The position numbers and the translations under genes are program-made. Below are positions 13,921 through 26,121 of a stretch of DNA of 64,000 bases, in pieces. Below the pieces are notes generated by a model that saw only the letters and a program-made list of their open reading frames with translations, had not been told where the DNA came from and ran no database searches. Origin of the DNA: Anthoceros angustus (Eukaryota > Plantae > Anthocerotophyta); NCBI GenBank assembly GCA_010909165.1, contig MU008155.1, positions 1,116,001 to 1,180,000 on the forward strand. The letters run 5' to 3'. Position 1 is the stretch's first letter. Each line of letters opens with the position of its first letter.

Positions 13921-14179
13921 GGGAAGCTGGCTGCAGCTAAATTCTTGTGCTATATATTATGTGTTAGCAGCAGTCCCATTTCCTTCATAAGTATGCGAGA
14001 ACTGGTCAGTCGCCATACACAGAAATTGTAGAACTTGCTGATCTTGATAGACTTTTCTACTAACACATTATATAAGAATATACCTGCAGCCAGCTTCCAG
14101 CAGCAAAAAAGTCTATCAAGATCAGCAAGTTCTACAATTTCTGTGTATGGCGACTGACCAGTTCTCTCATACTTATGAA
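13921..14179. repeat. Local inverted duplication (A-B'-A'-B) forming a ~73-bp hairpin
   Basis: 13984-14056 is the reverse complement of 14107-14179 with one mismatch; 14057-14098 is an approximate reverse complement of 13921-13968. Confidence 0.9.
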
Positions 14180-14320
14180 TTGTTTCCTTCCGGCTTACAA
14201 GTACTTAGTCTTCAGCAGCTGAATTGGATTTTGTTCCCTTCCGGCTTATAATAACTTACTCTTCAGCAGCTCATAGATAACGAGCTGGGATAAAAGGATG
14301 CTAACCTGCAATGCCTTCGA

Positions 14321-14436
14321 GGACCCTGATGGCTCTCTCATTTTCCAGCTCCATTCCATCAGACAATTCCATGTTGAATCGGCCTCCGTCTGTCACAAAC
14401 TATCAGTTCTGAGGATGGTATCTGCTCTGCAACTGT
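14321..14436 (-). pseudogene. HSPA12-type Hsp70 C-terminal fragment
   Basis: Reverse strand reads SCRADT...FVTDGGRFNMELSDGMELENERAIRV, versus [37 protein letters not shown] in the intact gene at ~60520-60645. Confidence 0.75.
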
Positions 14437-14605
14437 TAGCATATGAGCACCTTCCCTCCTTTTTAGTTCTGGAGTGCTGCACCTCTTCGGGAGTCCAGAA
14501 AGTTAGGGGCATACCCCCAAAAGAATATATGTATATGGTTGAAAAATATACAGAATATATGCAGCGGAAGAAATGCAGTCTGAAAAGCGTTTTGAACGAT
14601 GGCCG

Positions 14606-15521
14606 CCTTTCTTCTTGGCCGGTGGAGGAGAAGGTGAGGGCCGAGGCAGGCAGAGGACGCAGGAGCAGCAGCGGTCTGCAGAAATTCTGCACGGTTTCAG
14701 GAGGGAGTTCTTGGACGATGCCTGGGACCTGGACGAGAGCCGAGTGGAGCAGCTCTTCACCAGCCAGCGGGGAGCTGGCATCGTGTAGCTGGAAACTCGA
14801 GCTGAACATCCTGCGGTTGGTCTAGCCAACAGAGGAGAGGCAGGCTCCGCCAGCCACAGAGGCCACCATGCCGACCTTGAACTTTCTACAACAGCGTCAA
14901 CCTAGTTCCAAGCTGCCCATCCTTGAGACGGTCAATCTGGGCCTCACATACGGTCGCCTTGAGAGGGTGTGTTACCTCCGACGATCGCTCAACTTTGTTG
15001 TGTTTGAAATATATCGCCCTCACATTCTCACATGGATCGTCTGCCTGCCTCCTCAGGATGCGCTCCAGTGGTCTCCAACAGGACACGAGTTCGTGTTTTT
15101 CCTTGGAGGCAACGGACGTTTGGAGATTGTGGGCAACGCCCGGCGAGAGTCTGGTGGATAGGGATGTGAAAGAGGGTGAAGTATACGTAATTCCGCGCTT
15201 CCACGCCCACATCTTCAGGGCAGGAGAAGATGGCCTGGAATGGATAAGTGAGTCTTCGTGCTCAGACATTGTTTTCCATAGCACCATTCTTTTTATGTCC
15301 CTGGATGAGGACTGACCTCTTGCCGTGATGGGCCGGTGCATTTGCAGGCCGCTCGTTGAGGCTCTTGTAGGCAGGATTTCCGCGCTCTTAAGGACCCTCC
15401 AGAGGAAATCGCAGCCGCAGCCTCCAACGTGGATGTTGAGCAGATCCGGGAAGTGAGGGAGAGACGCCAGAGGGATGCAATTCTGCTGCCAAGCTGCAGC
15501 CGTGGAAGTTTTTCCCTGTAA
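14606..15521 (+). pseudogene. 11S globulin/legumin(glutelin)-like bicupin pseudogene, 5'-truncated
   Basis: FFLAG...ILHGFRREFLDDAWDLDESRVEQLFTSQRGAGIV*, KLPILETVNLGLTYGRLE, GNGRLEIVG..DRDVKEGEVYVIPRFHAHIFRAGEDGLEWI, and last exon PEEIAAA.NVDVEQIREVRERRQRDAILLP. Contains an internal stop and frameshifts. Confidence 0.8.
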
Positions 15522-16085
15522 ACCCTTGCAACCGGCGAGAGGGTGCACATCCTTCCTTGTAGACCGAATCTAATCTTTTAATAAAGACGGATGTTTGACA
15601 AACTTGCGTCTGTATGTAGTTCAAGCTCTTTCTGGCATGCCATCGATAATTCCAGATCCACCAGGAGAAGCTAAGGATAACAGTTGGCAAATCGGATTTC
15701 ATGTCCACTAGATGCTTGAGGAAGGCAATGATCGGAAAACAGCCTTCAATCCATTATCTTGTCCTGAACTTCTAAGTTTCAGTTTACGATTGTAGTGCCT
15801 TCTCTTACCCTTCCTCGAGCAAAATTCGTGGCACATCACAAGAATTCGACTGCTGGCTTTTAGATAGCTACAAGTTTCTAGGACGATGTGAGAGTGAGGC
15901 AAGGGAGCATCCCAGGGCCAGCACATCGGCTCTATTCCCTCGGTGCTCTGCTCCTTAGCCGACGACAAGGGAAATGTACTGTCCTACTTCTAGATTCTAC
16001 AGAACATACATAGCGAACATACATAGCTATGAGACATTGTGACAATTATTCAAGGTCACCTGAGATATGTCCTCCGTGAAATTTC

Positions 16086-17772
16086 TTATCCGGCAATCAT
16101 CGAAGTACCCAGCTTGCTGAGATGTTCTGCGATAATCGAGGTCTGCAGGTTGCTGAGATGTTCTGCGATATATTGTGCGTCCGCTGCAGCTCCCTTCAAG
16201 CCTCTCTTGGTGAAACCCGCTGTGAACAAGCCGCTGTCACCCTTCCAGCCGTGAGGGAAAGGCAGCCTGGGAATTCCGTCAGGCCCAAATGTAGTGTCGC
16301 CCTATCATCCATACATGGAAGGGTTACCAATACTTGACAAATGCACAACATAACTAGTTTTAGCGAATTAGTGCAGAGCATAATTACCCGCAGCCACTTG
16401 GGCACATTGCTCCTAAACCCGGTAGCCAGGATGATGCCATCAAATTTGTCGGTAGTACCGTCACTGAAAATAGCTCCACCCGACGTGATTTCGGTCACAC
16501 CCTTCACAACCTTCAGGAAGGAAATAAAAGAGTCAACAGGAAAAGCTGAAAGCAGGTGTGAACACAAGTATCTCGAGGTGGCACCATCCACTTATTGTAA
16601 CTCAGCATGTACATGCAACTCGATACAAAGAGAATCAGCAAGCAGGCAGGCACGAGAGCAGAAGGCTGCATCAGCAGGTACTAGGCCTGCATAAGAGCAA
16701 TGCCATGCATCGACCACAAGTTACCTTTACAAGACCAGTTCGAATCATCTTCAATGTGCCAACATCAAGAACAGGAGTAATTCCCTCCTTGTCTTTGCGC
16801 TGAAATGGCCCCAGCGAGGGCCTCGGGATGCCCCACTTAGCTGTGTCCCCCATCACGAGGTTGGCATACAGAAGCATCAACATGTCGGTGAAGCGGTAAG
16901 ACTTCAGGTTACGCAGCAGTGTTATTCCGACCACAAAAGTGGAAATCCCAAACATCTCTCTTGGGAGAACGTGCATCTGCACATGAACGATCACCAGATT
17001 GGTAAAAAGATAATTATCACCATGACTGAATTCCAAGGTCACAAGAGAAGATGAGAGGCAACTGTTGCAAGCAGCAATGCATCAAAGTCTAGCTCACCGG
17101 GCTCCTGACGACGAGACTCGCTTTGGCGCCGTGATTTGCCAGGTCCAGGGCAACTTCAAACCCGGAGTTTCCACAGCCCACGATCAGCACCTTCTTGCCC
17201 CTCCACTCGTCACCGTTGCGGTAGTGACTGCTGTGGACCGCTTTTCCAGAGAACACATCCAAGCCAGGGATGTCAGGCATCACCGGATCGGCGTTCTCTC
17301 CTGTTGCGACAACCAGCCATTTGGCTAGGTAAACCTTCTTGGTCCTGCTCTGATGATCACCGGAGACTTGTGTCACAACTCGCCACACCTCCATGCTCTC
17401 CATGTATGACGCCTCAAGAACGCTGTGGTTAAACAGCGGGCGGATGTCAAATTCCTCTGCGTAATCGTCCAAGTAGTTGCTGAACTGCTTGCCGGATGGG
17501 TACGCGGGGTACTCCTTGGGGAACTTCATGAAGGGCAGCTCAGAGTGATGCTTGGGTATGTGTAGATGGAGACGGTCGTACGTCTTGTTCTTCCACAGAG
17601 ATCCGACACAGTCAGCCCGCTCGACGATGGTGTAGGGAATACCCCGCTGCGTCAGGCAAGCCGCTACAGCGAGGCCAGCAGGGCCAGCGCCCACGATTAA
17701 AGGTCCCTGAACAACAGTCGCCTCATCCAGGGCATTGCAATTGGCTCCGCCGCAAGCTGAAGAAGAAGCCAT
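16086..17772 (-). CDS. YUC: YUCCA indole-3-pyruvate monooxygenase (flavin monooxygenase), 421 aa; exons 17772-17098, 16976-16725, 16510-16388, 16301-16086
   Basis: FAD motif [27 protein letters not shown] motif [16 protein letters not shown] motif [41 protein letters not shown]. Three GT-AG phase-0 introns at the conserved YUCCA positions; the spliced frame is open. Confidence 0.95.
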
Positions 17773-18068
17773 ACAAAGCTGTCGGCAAGGAAGACCCACT
17801 GTGAGCACAAACTTGGCGACCGAGCTCTACTCACCTGCGAGCAAGGTATGGAACCCCTTTCGAGTTAAGGGATCTGGGTTACCGCTCTTCCACCATGGTG
17901 ACTGTGAAGAGCGGCTTCCCAGATCAATCCTTGGCTCGAGCTAGGAGCCGACGCCAAGCTACAGCTACAGCATGGGTCACAGCAGACGTTACAGCAGCCA
18001 CGCCTATCGGGAACTTGGAGGCACATGCTTCTACATCTCTCACGGGTCACTGATAAACATCAGAGCTG

Positions 18069-18213
18069 AGGCATCCGGGAAGCTTTCTTCTCAAAAAGAA
18101 CATGAAGAGGTTTCCCATATCACTCCTTGCCTCAACCGAGGGGCATCCGGGAAGCTTTCTTCTCAAAGAGACCATGAAGAGGTTTCCCATATCACTCCTT
18201 GCCTCAACCGAGG
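18069..18213. repeat. 72-bp tandem duplication upstream of YUCCA
   Basis: GGCATCCGGGAAGCTTTCTTCTCAAA...CTCAACCGAGG occurs twice. Confidence 0.9.
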
Positions 18214-19809
18214 CGCAACAGCGTCATTCACAGTAGCAAGGCAAAGATTGTAAGGTCGGTTTTGATCATTACCAGTCCAAACGAGGTCTCCAGCAAGGGG
18301 CACAAGGACGACGAATGACCTCCGCTACTCACCACTGGCAGAGCGAATCTGCGCACATGGACAATGGGGAGGCAACAAGCTTAAGGGCAGGAAACGCATG
18401 GGCAACAAGAATGCTTTCAAAAAAACGTACCTGGAACCGCCGCCGGTCTGAGAGTCGACTTGTGCTCGTAACCAGAAATCTATACAAAGATATGGCAAAA
18501 ATATTAATATATTTACTCACTACCACACCTCGGTTAAAGTATAAAATATAAATAAAAACAAATTAGGTCATCTAATACATAAAATCAGTACAAGATAACA
18601 AGCTTTGGCACTTGTGTATTGAATAAAAGTTGGTCTTAATACAAAGATGCTAGGTGCTACATATATAGTCAGCACATTGAAGATAATCTCGATAAATGAA
18701 AACCTAATCTCGATAGACATAAATTTTATAAATATTTATTCTTCTTTCTATTTAATTATTTTTAATATATCTTACTGATCACATGATCTATACAATTAAA
18801 GATATGGCATAGATATCATACATACATCGAGAATAGGCTTTAATTCATTTTTATCTTGAAGAATGTTATCTAATCGCATCAACTATATTGAGGTAATACA
18901 CTACATTCACCCGATAGAAGTATGTCGGGGGACTCTTGAACGGTAACTCGATGATGAGTGTGTGACTTTGATTAATTATTTGTTACATAAACTAGACATA
19001 TGTAATCATAAAATTTTCAATATATGATATATATTGAAAATTTATATATTGAAAATTCATACAAATGAATATTCATATATTGAAAATTTGTTGAATTTCA
19101 GTATTGTTGCATACAATTTGATAGGTTGAAACCCAGCTACCATTTATTATGGGTTTAAGGTTTGCATATATATATTACTATGTAATACCCCGAGTATAAA
19201 TCGTAAATGGGTTTGAATATAATATTAGTTTGTACATACATATTACCCATGTACGCACCCTCCATCTAAAGGTGCAAAATGACACGTCTTGTAGTCATCC
19301 ATGCTCTGCCCCAGTGTGTTGGAAAACGCTACATGGTCATCACTCTCACATGACTATCCTCCAGAAACTTCCCGCCATGAACCAGGACTGACCAACGCAA
19401 TGATGCATTTGCAGGCCGCAGTCACTACAACAATGCAGCTGGCAATAAGACGCAACGGCATTAACGTCCCGGCCCACGTCTTTCCCGTATAATTTCAGTA
19501 TGACATCCAGACCAAGAATGACGTGCCAACCACAGATCGCAAACGCAGGGCACCTTAACCGCGGACCTAGGAAACACACAGCCATTGCGTCATATCCATG
19601 CCAAAATACTTCCCCGGACCCCGGCTTTCAGTACGCTTATCGCGACCATTTCGGCAGTGTGCAACCATAAATTGGAACAAGCCGGGAGCCCAAACCTGGC
19701 GTCCGGATGTCCATCCGGACAGTGGTGAGCATCCCGGCCCTTACCAGCCAATTGCCCGGCCCTTGCTGCATTCGTGGGGGCCCCAGACCATTTAAGCTCG
19801 GGCTGCAAC

Positions 19810-19965
19810 CTCCGTTGAAGAACCTTTCAGTGGAAGTGGCAGCCGCAGCAGCTATAATATAGGCGTGCAGCAGATCCGGGAAGCGAGGGAGCGGCGCTGC
19901 TGCAGAGCGATGCAACTCTGCTTTCAAGCAGCCGCCGCCGCAGCACAGGAAATTCTGCTCTGTAC
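19810..19965 (+). pseudogene. Third legumin-like cupin fragment (last exon)
   Basis: LKNLSVEVAAAA..NIGVQQIREARERR..DATLL resembles the last exon at 15349-15521 and 56789-56965. The stretch 19560-19750 (SMPKYFP, VVSIPA) may be a degraded first cupin domain. Confidence 0.6.
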
Positions 19966-20434
19966 AGGCCAAGTGGAAATTGTGAGGCCTGCATTAGCCA
20001 AGGGGCAGGAGAGATCCACCCTGCATGCACAGGGCACATTGCACCAAAGGCTAATCCGCAATGCCACAAGGCTAGAATTATCATGCCTCATTTTGGGCAT
20101 CGTTCGTTATCTTCCGGTTTCATGATCATTCTTTCAGCCGGCCCGGGAGTTTGCAGAGTTGGGTCCAATCTCAATGGGATGCTCTTACGCTTGCAGGGCC
20201 AACAGAGCCCTCTTCTGTCATAGTCATGCAAAGATGCCAGACATCTAGCATCGTTTCAGCCAGGCATCCACGCGCCAGCAGCTGCCCGTCCTCAAGTCCA
20301 CCAATCCCCCGAATATCAGTCCGCGAGGCAGTCACGAACATGAGGAATTCTTACGCACCGGAGGAAGGCTTTTGCAAACGGCCCGTAACATTCATTAATT
20401 TCTACCTTTCCCCGTCACCCAACCGGATAGCAGC

Positions 20435-20454
20435 TGACGTGGCGAGTGACGTAA
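20435..20454 (+). promoter_or_regulatory. as-1/ocs-like element (TGA bZIP site)
   Basis: TGACGTGGcgagTGACGTAA: two TGACG motifs exactly 12 bp apart, ~110 bp upstream of TATAAAA (20563-20569). Confidence 0.6.
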
Positions 20455-20712
20455 GTGAACAGTACGCTACCGTACGATTCCGTAGCACGGACGGCCTGTC
20501 CCTAAGCCCAACCTAGAGATGCAAACCTATACACACACCGAGACAATAACCCAAAGATGCAATATAAAAACAGCTAAAAGACAAAAACCTAAAGACACGC
20601 ACCGCAGCAAACGCCGTTCTCGACTCCCCGGTCTCCTCTCAGAAGTGGCGGAGACGTTCCGTAGGCTTGCGCTTCGTGGGTGTTCGTGCTCTCGTAGGGA
20701 GCTTTTTGCGGG

Positions 20713-22475
20713 ATGCTGCTCCCATCTGGTCCGGCGAAGATGGAACCCGAGCTGAGTTCTTCTGTCTGCAAAGAGGCCAAAGGCCTGGCAAGGGATGCCA
20801 TCGAGGAGACACAGCTTGAGCTGCAAGATGAGGAGGCGCGGGGTCCGGTTGAAGGTGAAGGTGCAACCGCGGACTCACAACGGAATGAGCAGTGGGCAAC
20901 AAGCATTCCAAGCATTTCATCGCTGCAGGGGAATGAAGAAGGCTCGGGACTCGAGGCTGCTCCAGTCAAGCGGAAGTGGGAGCCTGAGACGGAGGCCTTC
21001 CACGAAGAGTGTCGGCGCAAGATGCGGAAGCTGCGGGAAAGCAATAAGAAGGCTTTCAAAGACAACATGAACAGAGAAAGGGAGAAAATAAAATTAGCTC
21101 TCGACGAGCAGAAGCGTCGACATCACAGGGAGCTCAAAGACACCGAATCCGCTCATGCGCAGCTATCAGCACATAATAAGCGGCTTGCGGAGGAAGTCCA
21201 CCATCTCCAGGATCGGAATGGGAGCCTTGAGAGGGAAGTCGGGAGACTTAGAACCGCACAGGCGGTGGCTGCATCGTTGTCGGTGCCCAACCAGCGATCG
21301 GTTCCCACTCCCGTCGATATGCAGCGCCTGGCTAGCAGGACGAGGGACTGTCTATCCGACTTCACGGAAGCGTTGACGTGCAAACCGGGATCAAAGGAGC
21401 TTAAACTTGAAGCAGCGCAGCTTGCAAGCTATTTGTTTCCGCACTCGATTAGCGGCTATGGTTTTCAGAGGCTAATCGCTGACGAGGTTTTCTCGGGTTT
21501 TGAATCACAGGACTTCGCCTGCATGGCTGATTACTGTGTGCTGGCGGAGCTGGAGTGGGGGAAGCTCCGTGCTGAGAAATACAAGCAGTTCAAAGAGATT
21601 GAAGGTGATCAGGAATTTTTCTACAAGGTTGCTAACAGTTTCTTGCAACTGTTGATCGCTCGCCAGTCCAATGATAACGTTAAGGCTCTGCGCGAATACT
21701 TTTGTCCACCACAATGCAAAAGAGATGCCGGGGAGGATTGTGGTTGCGGCAGAATGAAGTGTTTTCTCTTCTGTTACCGTAAGGCAAGGGTTATGAGACA
21801 GACAAAGCCGATGGGGGAGTTTTGGGGCTGTCCGTTTCCAGGAGACGTCGCTGCTTTCGAGGAGTGGAACAGGACTGTGGGCAGCAAGCTTCTCTCGCTG
21901 CTCATTTGTGTGTGGCTCAGTCACCTTCTTGCCTCCAGCTTTAAGCACCCTTGCTCTCTTGTTCAGGTAACTGCCTCTCGCCCGGATATTCGCATCCTTG
22001 TTGCCGTCGCTGTGTTCGCTGCTGATTTTATCCGTGGGCTACTATTTTTCTTACGTCTCAGCTCATTACCACATCGGAATTGCAGGTGGAAGAACTGAGT
22101 GATTTTGATGCAGGCTACATGGAGAAGCAGAATCAGGAGCTTGATGTCGTCGGCTGCAGTTCAGTACCTCAGAAAGTGGCGTTCATGATTTTGCCAGGAT
22201 TTCGCATTGGTGCCTCTGTTGTGAGGAGCCAAGTTTGTCTGGTGCCCGGGCTCGTGAATCCTGAGCAACTTGTTGGGAGGACACCGCTTACGTCAGTGAC
22301 TGTTAAGCAGGACGAACTCTTGCCTCGGACCCGGATGATGCCTGTATCTGAGAGAGGAGGTATTTTGACACCAAGTCTCCAAGGCCCGCAGAAGGAGCGC
22401 GTGGAGGCATCTTCAGCTTCCCGAATCTTGAACTCGACACCTGGCAACACCACCAACATGCAGAAGTGGGCATAG
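20713..22475 (+). CDS. Coiled-coil protein with a GIL1/IRK-interacting-protein-like C-terminal domain, ~547 aa; exons 20713-21966, 22086-22475
   Basis: N-terminal coiled coil, then VFSGFESQDF, VWLSHLLASSFKHPCSLVQ|VEELSDFDAGYME...KVAFMILPGFRIGASVVRSQVCL. GT-AG phase-0 intron at 21967-22085. Start could be 20740. Confidence 0.8.
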
Positions 22476-23022
22476 GACACACTTCAACCCACCCGTTCTG
22501 CCAGCAATTCCTGTTAGTCAGCTGCCCTAAATTCATTTGCAGCGTTTTTTCAGTACAAGGTTTTGTCTGGAATCTATCTCTTGCAAGCGATCATGTTATC
22601 GGCCCTAGCCCTTAAGAGATGGTTATAGTCGCGAATAACAAATGCGAACTTCCGTGACGCTACTTTTGCTCAGGCAGCTGTCATCGCTGCATTACATTTT
22701 GTGAAAGGTGCATCTTGAGGGACAAGAGGAATGTGGATCATTGCAGAGCGTCGCTTTGATGGCAATTGTGTGTGCAGGTCGTGCCTGTGGGTGGAAACCG
22801 GAACAGCATGATACATACCTGGCAAACTGCCGGCCAAGGGGCTTTTGTGTGCACGTCAGTGGATGTTAACTAGCCACTTCTGTCAAACACTCCACGCGCA
22901 TCTTCCCGGCTCCCGGATTTCATCCCGCATGCTATCCACTGACAGTTTCCACGAGACAGTTGCCAGGACCCATTTCAGCTTCTACTTCTGTGTCCTGAAT
23001 CAGATATTGAATCCACTTCCCC

Positions 23023-24770
23023 TGATCTAGCTAGATATTGGATAAGATCTAGTCTTCATACCAAACTCGTAATTATTAAATTTTAGTTTAGTGTATTATA
23101 TTAGGTCATAAAACGGTTACACACACCCCTTTTTTGTTGTTCATGTTCTTCATAGCGATCATTCATTCCTCTGCATCGTGGCGTGCGTGTGCTCTCCGTG
23201 TGTATCTTGGTGTTCTCCTTGAAATCTGATTGGAGCCCTCTTCAATGATGCTACGCTAGTACGTCATTATTGTGATAATGTGGAGAGAAGGATGTTATCA
23301 CTGCGAATTTTGGTTTATGTTGAATGTGTGTGATGTACAATTGACGGTACCACTTGTAGCATCTTGAGAAGTCAATCTCTCGAAGAGACACGTCTGTTCA
23401 TCTAACGAGTCACGACCCTACGAACCTCGACTGGTTGCAACTTACATCAATGCATTCACGCTGCTCACACACCCCCTTAAGCTCAAACGTCGAGATAGGG
23501 AAATCATTGACGATCCGAGAGTCCTAGGCACATACATTAAACGTACATCTCCGCTCTCAACCTTCAAACGTAAAAAGTGGTAGCGGAGCTCGATGTGTTT
23601 AGATCGCTCGTGAAATATGAGATCCTTGGAGAGAGCAATTGCGGCTTGATTGTCACAGTGTAGCTCGGTGGGTCCTTGATGTGGGTAACCCATATCTTTC
23701 AACAGTTGGACCAACCACAAGTCTTCCTTGGCAGCAGCAGTGGCTGCAATATATTCCGATTCTTCAGAGCTGAGAGCTATGGAAGTTTGTTTCTTAGCTT
23801 TCCAACTGATAGCTCCTCCGGCAAGTAAGAAGACATAGCCACTTGTTGACTTGCGATCGGAATATATTGCAGCTGGGATCACCAGCCCAATCCGCATCAG
23901 TCCAATCAATCAATTTGTCTTGGGCTCCTAGACCACCTTGATATTTAATTCCCTTTTTCTTGGTTCCTTGCAGGTATCGAAGGATGCGTTTTACCGCAAT
24001 CCAGTGAGGTAGACCAGCATTAGAAAGAAATTGAGAGGTCAATGAGGTTGGTAGAGCTATATCAGGCTGAGTATTTTGTACGAGATGCTGAAGACTGCCA
24101 ACAGCTCTTGCATACGGGACAGAGCTCATTTCCTCTTGTTCTCTAGGAGTGTGGGGACACATGGTCTTGCTTAGTCGAGGACCTGTCCGCATCGGAGTAT
24201 TAGCAGGTTTACAGTTCGACATGTTGAATTTATCAAGTACATCCAGAACATAACGCTCCTGATGAAGTGTAAGGCTATGTTGAGGTGGATTATACTTCAC
24301 TTGAACACCCAGGCAGAACTGCATAATTCCATTATCTATCATAGAGAATTGCTTTGCATGAGCTCATTTCCTCTTGTTCTCTAGGAGTGTGGGGACACAT
24401 GGTCTTGCTTAGTCGAGGACCTGTCCGCATCGGAGTATTATTAGCAGTTTACATATGTTGAATTTATCAAGTACATCCAGAACATAACGCTCCTGATGAA
24501 GTGTAAGGCTATGTTGAGGTGGATTATACTTCACTTGAACACCCAGGCAGAACTGCATAATTCCATTATCTGTCATAGAGAATTGCTGCATGAGCTCAGC
24601 TTTGGATTCTGCTAAATATTTCGCATCATTGGATATCATAATGACATCATCTACATAGATGTCCATCATCAGCATTCGGGATTCTATGTTTCTGATGAGT
24701 ACACTGGCATCCACGTTACTCTTGGTGTATCCTAAACTTCTTAAAGATCTGTAACATTCTTCATACCATT
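23023..24770 (-). mobile_element. Copia A: RT/RNase H 3' part, polypurine tract and 3' LTR (split by Copia B)
   Basis: [30 protein letters not shown]. Polypurine tract AAGGGGG then TGTGAGC at ~23469. The left LTR boundary is approximate. Confidence 0.85.
24122..24595. repeat. ~237-bp tandem duplication within Copia A RT
   Basis: GAGCTCATTTCCTCTTGTTCTCTAGG...AGAGAATTGC occurs twice. Confidence 0.9.
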
Positions 24771-26121
24771 TGTTGGAATAACTGCCCTAGGTTATATGTG
24801 TAACCACGCTTATGGGTTAAGTAGTTAGGGTTACCGAAAGGTCACTTAGAGAACAAGATATATTGTATATAAGACATTCTCTTTGAACACAATTTATTCT
24901 CATTTTTATTGTCTGCTCTCTCTAGCAAGCTTGACATGGTATCAGAGCTGCCAAGTTCTGCCCGATCCTGGTCTACATGCTAGCTTTCTAATCCAATATG
25001 GTAGGTGCATGTGATGGAGATTATGCTGGGTACAAAACCCAGTAACCATCAATCAGATGGTTTCTGTTTCTTGTCCTCAGAGAATCTCCACCACCTGCAC
25101 GACCATATCAGTGATGAATGAAATGTCTCTAGCCTACAAAAATATTTTCCGCTGCACTGCTAGGTGAGCTATGCAGACTACTGCTACGGCATATGAGAAA
25201 TGCCTCGAAGAAATAGAAATAGGGAATCTGGCACGAGGAGCCTCTTCAACATTGTCACTGACAGGTTTATCCAGGAAAGAGATCGCCTTCGGCGCCCAGT
25301 CTTTCCCCCGCAGTTTCCTTCAGTGGTTAGAAACCCTCCTCAATCCCAGACTTCCAGATGTCAGCAGCCCTCTCGGCCTCACCTGCACCCAAACACACAA
25401 AGGTTCAGGACATTACAGGCACGAAGGAGTTGCCCACGTCATCAAGAGGAGAACGGCCTTGACGCGTGGGAAATCTCACATCGCAATCACCTGCTTACTG
25501 AGATTCCGCGCGCATCATCGCTTGTCAACAAGGCACACAGCAAGGAACCAAGCACTCACAGCGCAACTTTTCCTCGACATAGCTGCAATCAAGGCACAAG
25601 TAAACACTTTGACAGAATGCCTCAGTGGAGTCCTTGCTTTGGAAGATGGCCTCATGAGCGATGGTTCCCGTCACACCCTGTTCTGACCTCAACGATCGAG
25701 GCAGCATCTCCCTGCTCAGCGAATTTGCGCGTGAGCAATGGGAGATGTGAAGGGTTGCGAGCAACAACCTGAAGCGGCACAAACACAGAACGGAAGTGAC
25801 ACACCTTGGGGCGCGAAGTCGGTGCCTCGTGCTGTGACGCTTTTCATCCCCCTGCCCCTTCACAATCGACGGACGCAACTCCTCGCTTGCTCGCGTCCGT
25901 GCAACCACCTGCAACATACTGAACCCTTAACATGCACAATCTCACCAATTCAACCTGGTAGATCTTCCTGCTGTACGCCGCCATGGCTAGAAACCCCGGC
26001 ACAGATGGTGCGCAAGCACACAGCGCTGCCGGGCTTCCCTTCGGAGGACCTACAACAGCGTCACCGAGAAATCAGGCGGGTTCAGCACCCTCATCTACGG
26101 GACAGGTTCAAGCTTATACTC

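Larger units (their letters stand above)
13420..15657. repeat. Left arm of a long inverted duplication (partner ~56665-58565)
   Basis: For example, CAATGGCTGCCATGGAGCGTAAAC at ~13453 is the reverse complement of ~58511-58534, and GATGCAATTCTGCTGCCAAGC at ~15474 is the reverse complement of ~56826-56846. Colinear in inverted orientation, with indels. Confidence 0.9.

Noticed and set aside
18500-19260. AT-rich block as a MITE or Helitron
   Set aside because: No TIRs, TSD or Helitron termini could be identified by eye.
21967-22098. Hydrophobic, TM-like C-terminus of the 461-aa ORF
   Set aside because: Read-through into a GT-AG intron; splicing restores the GIL1/IRKI-like domain.
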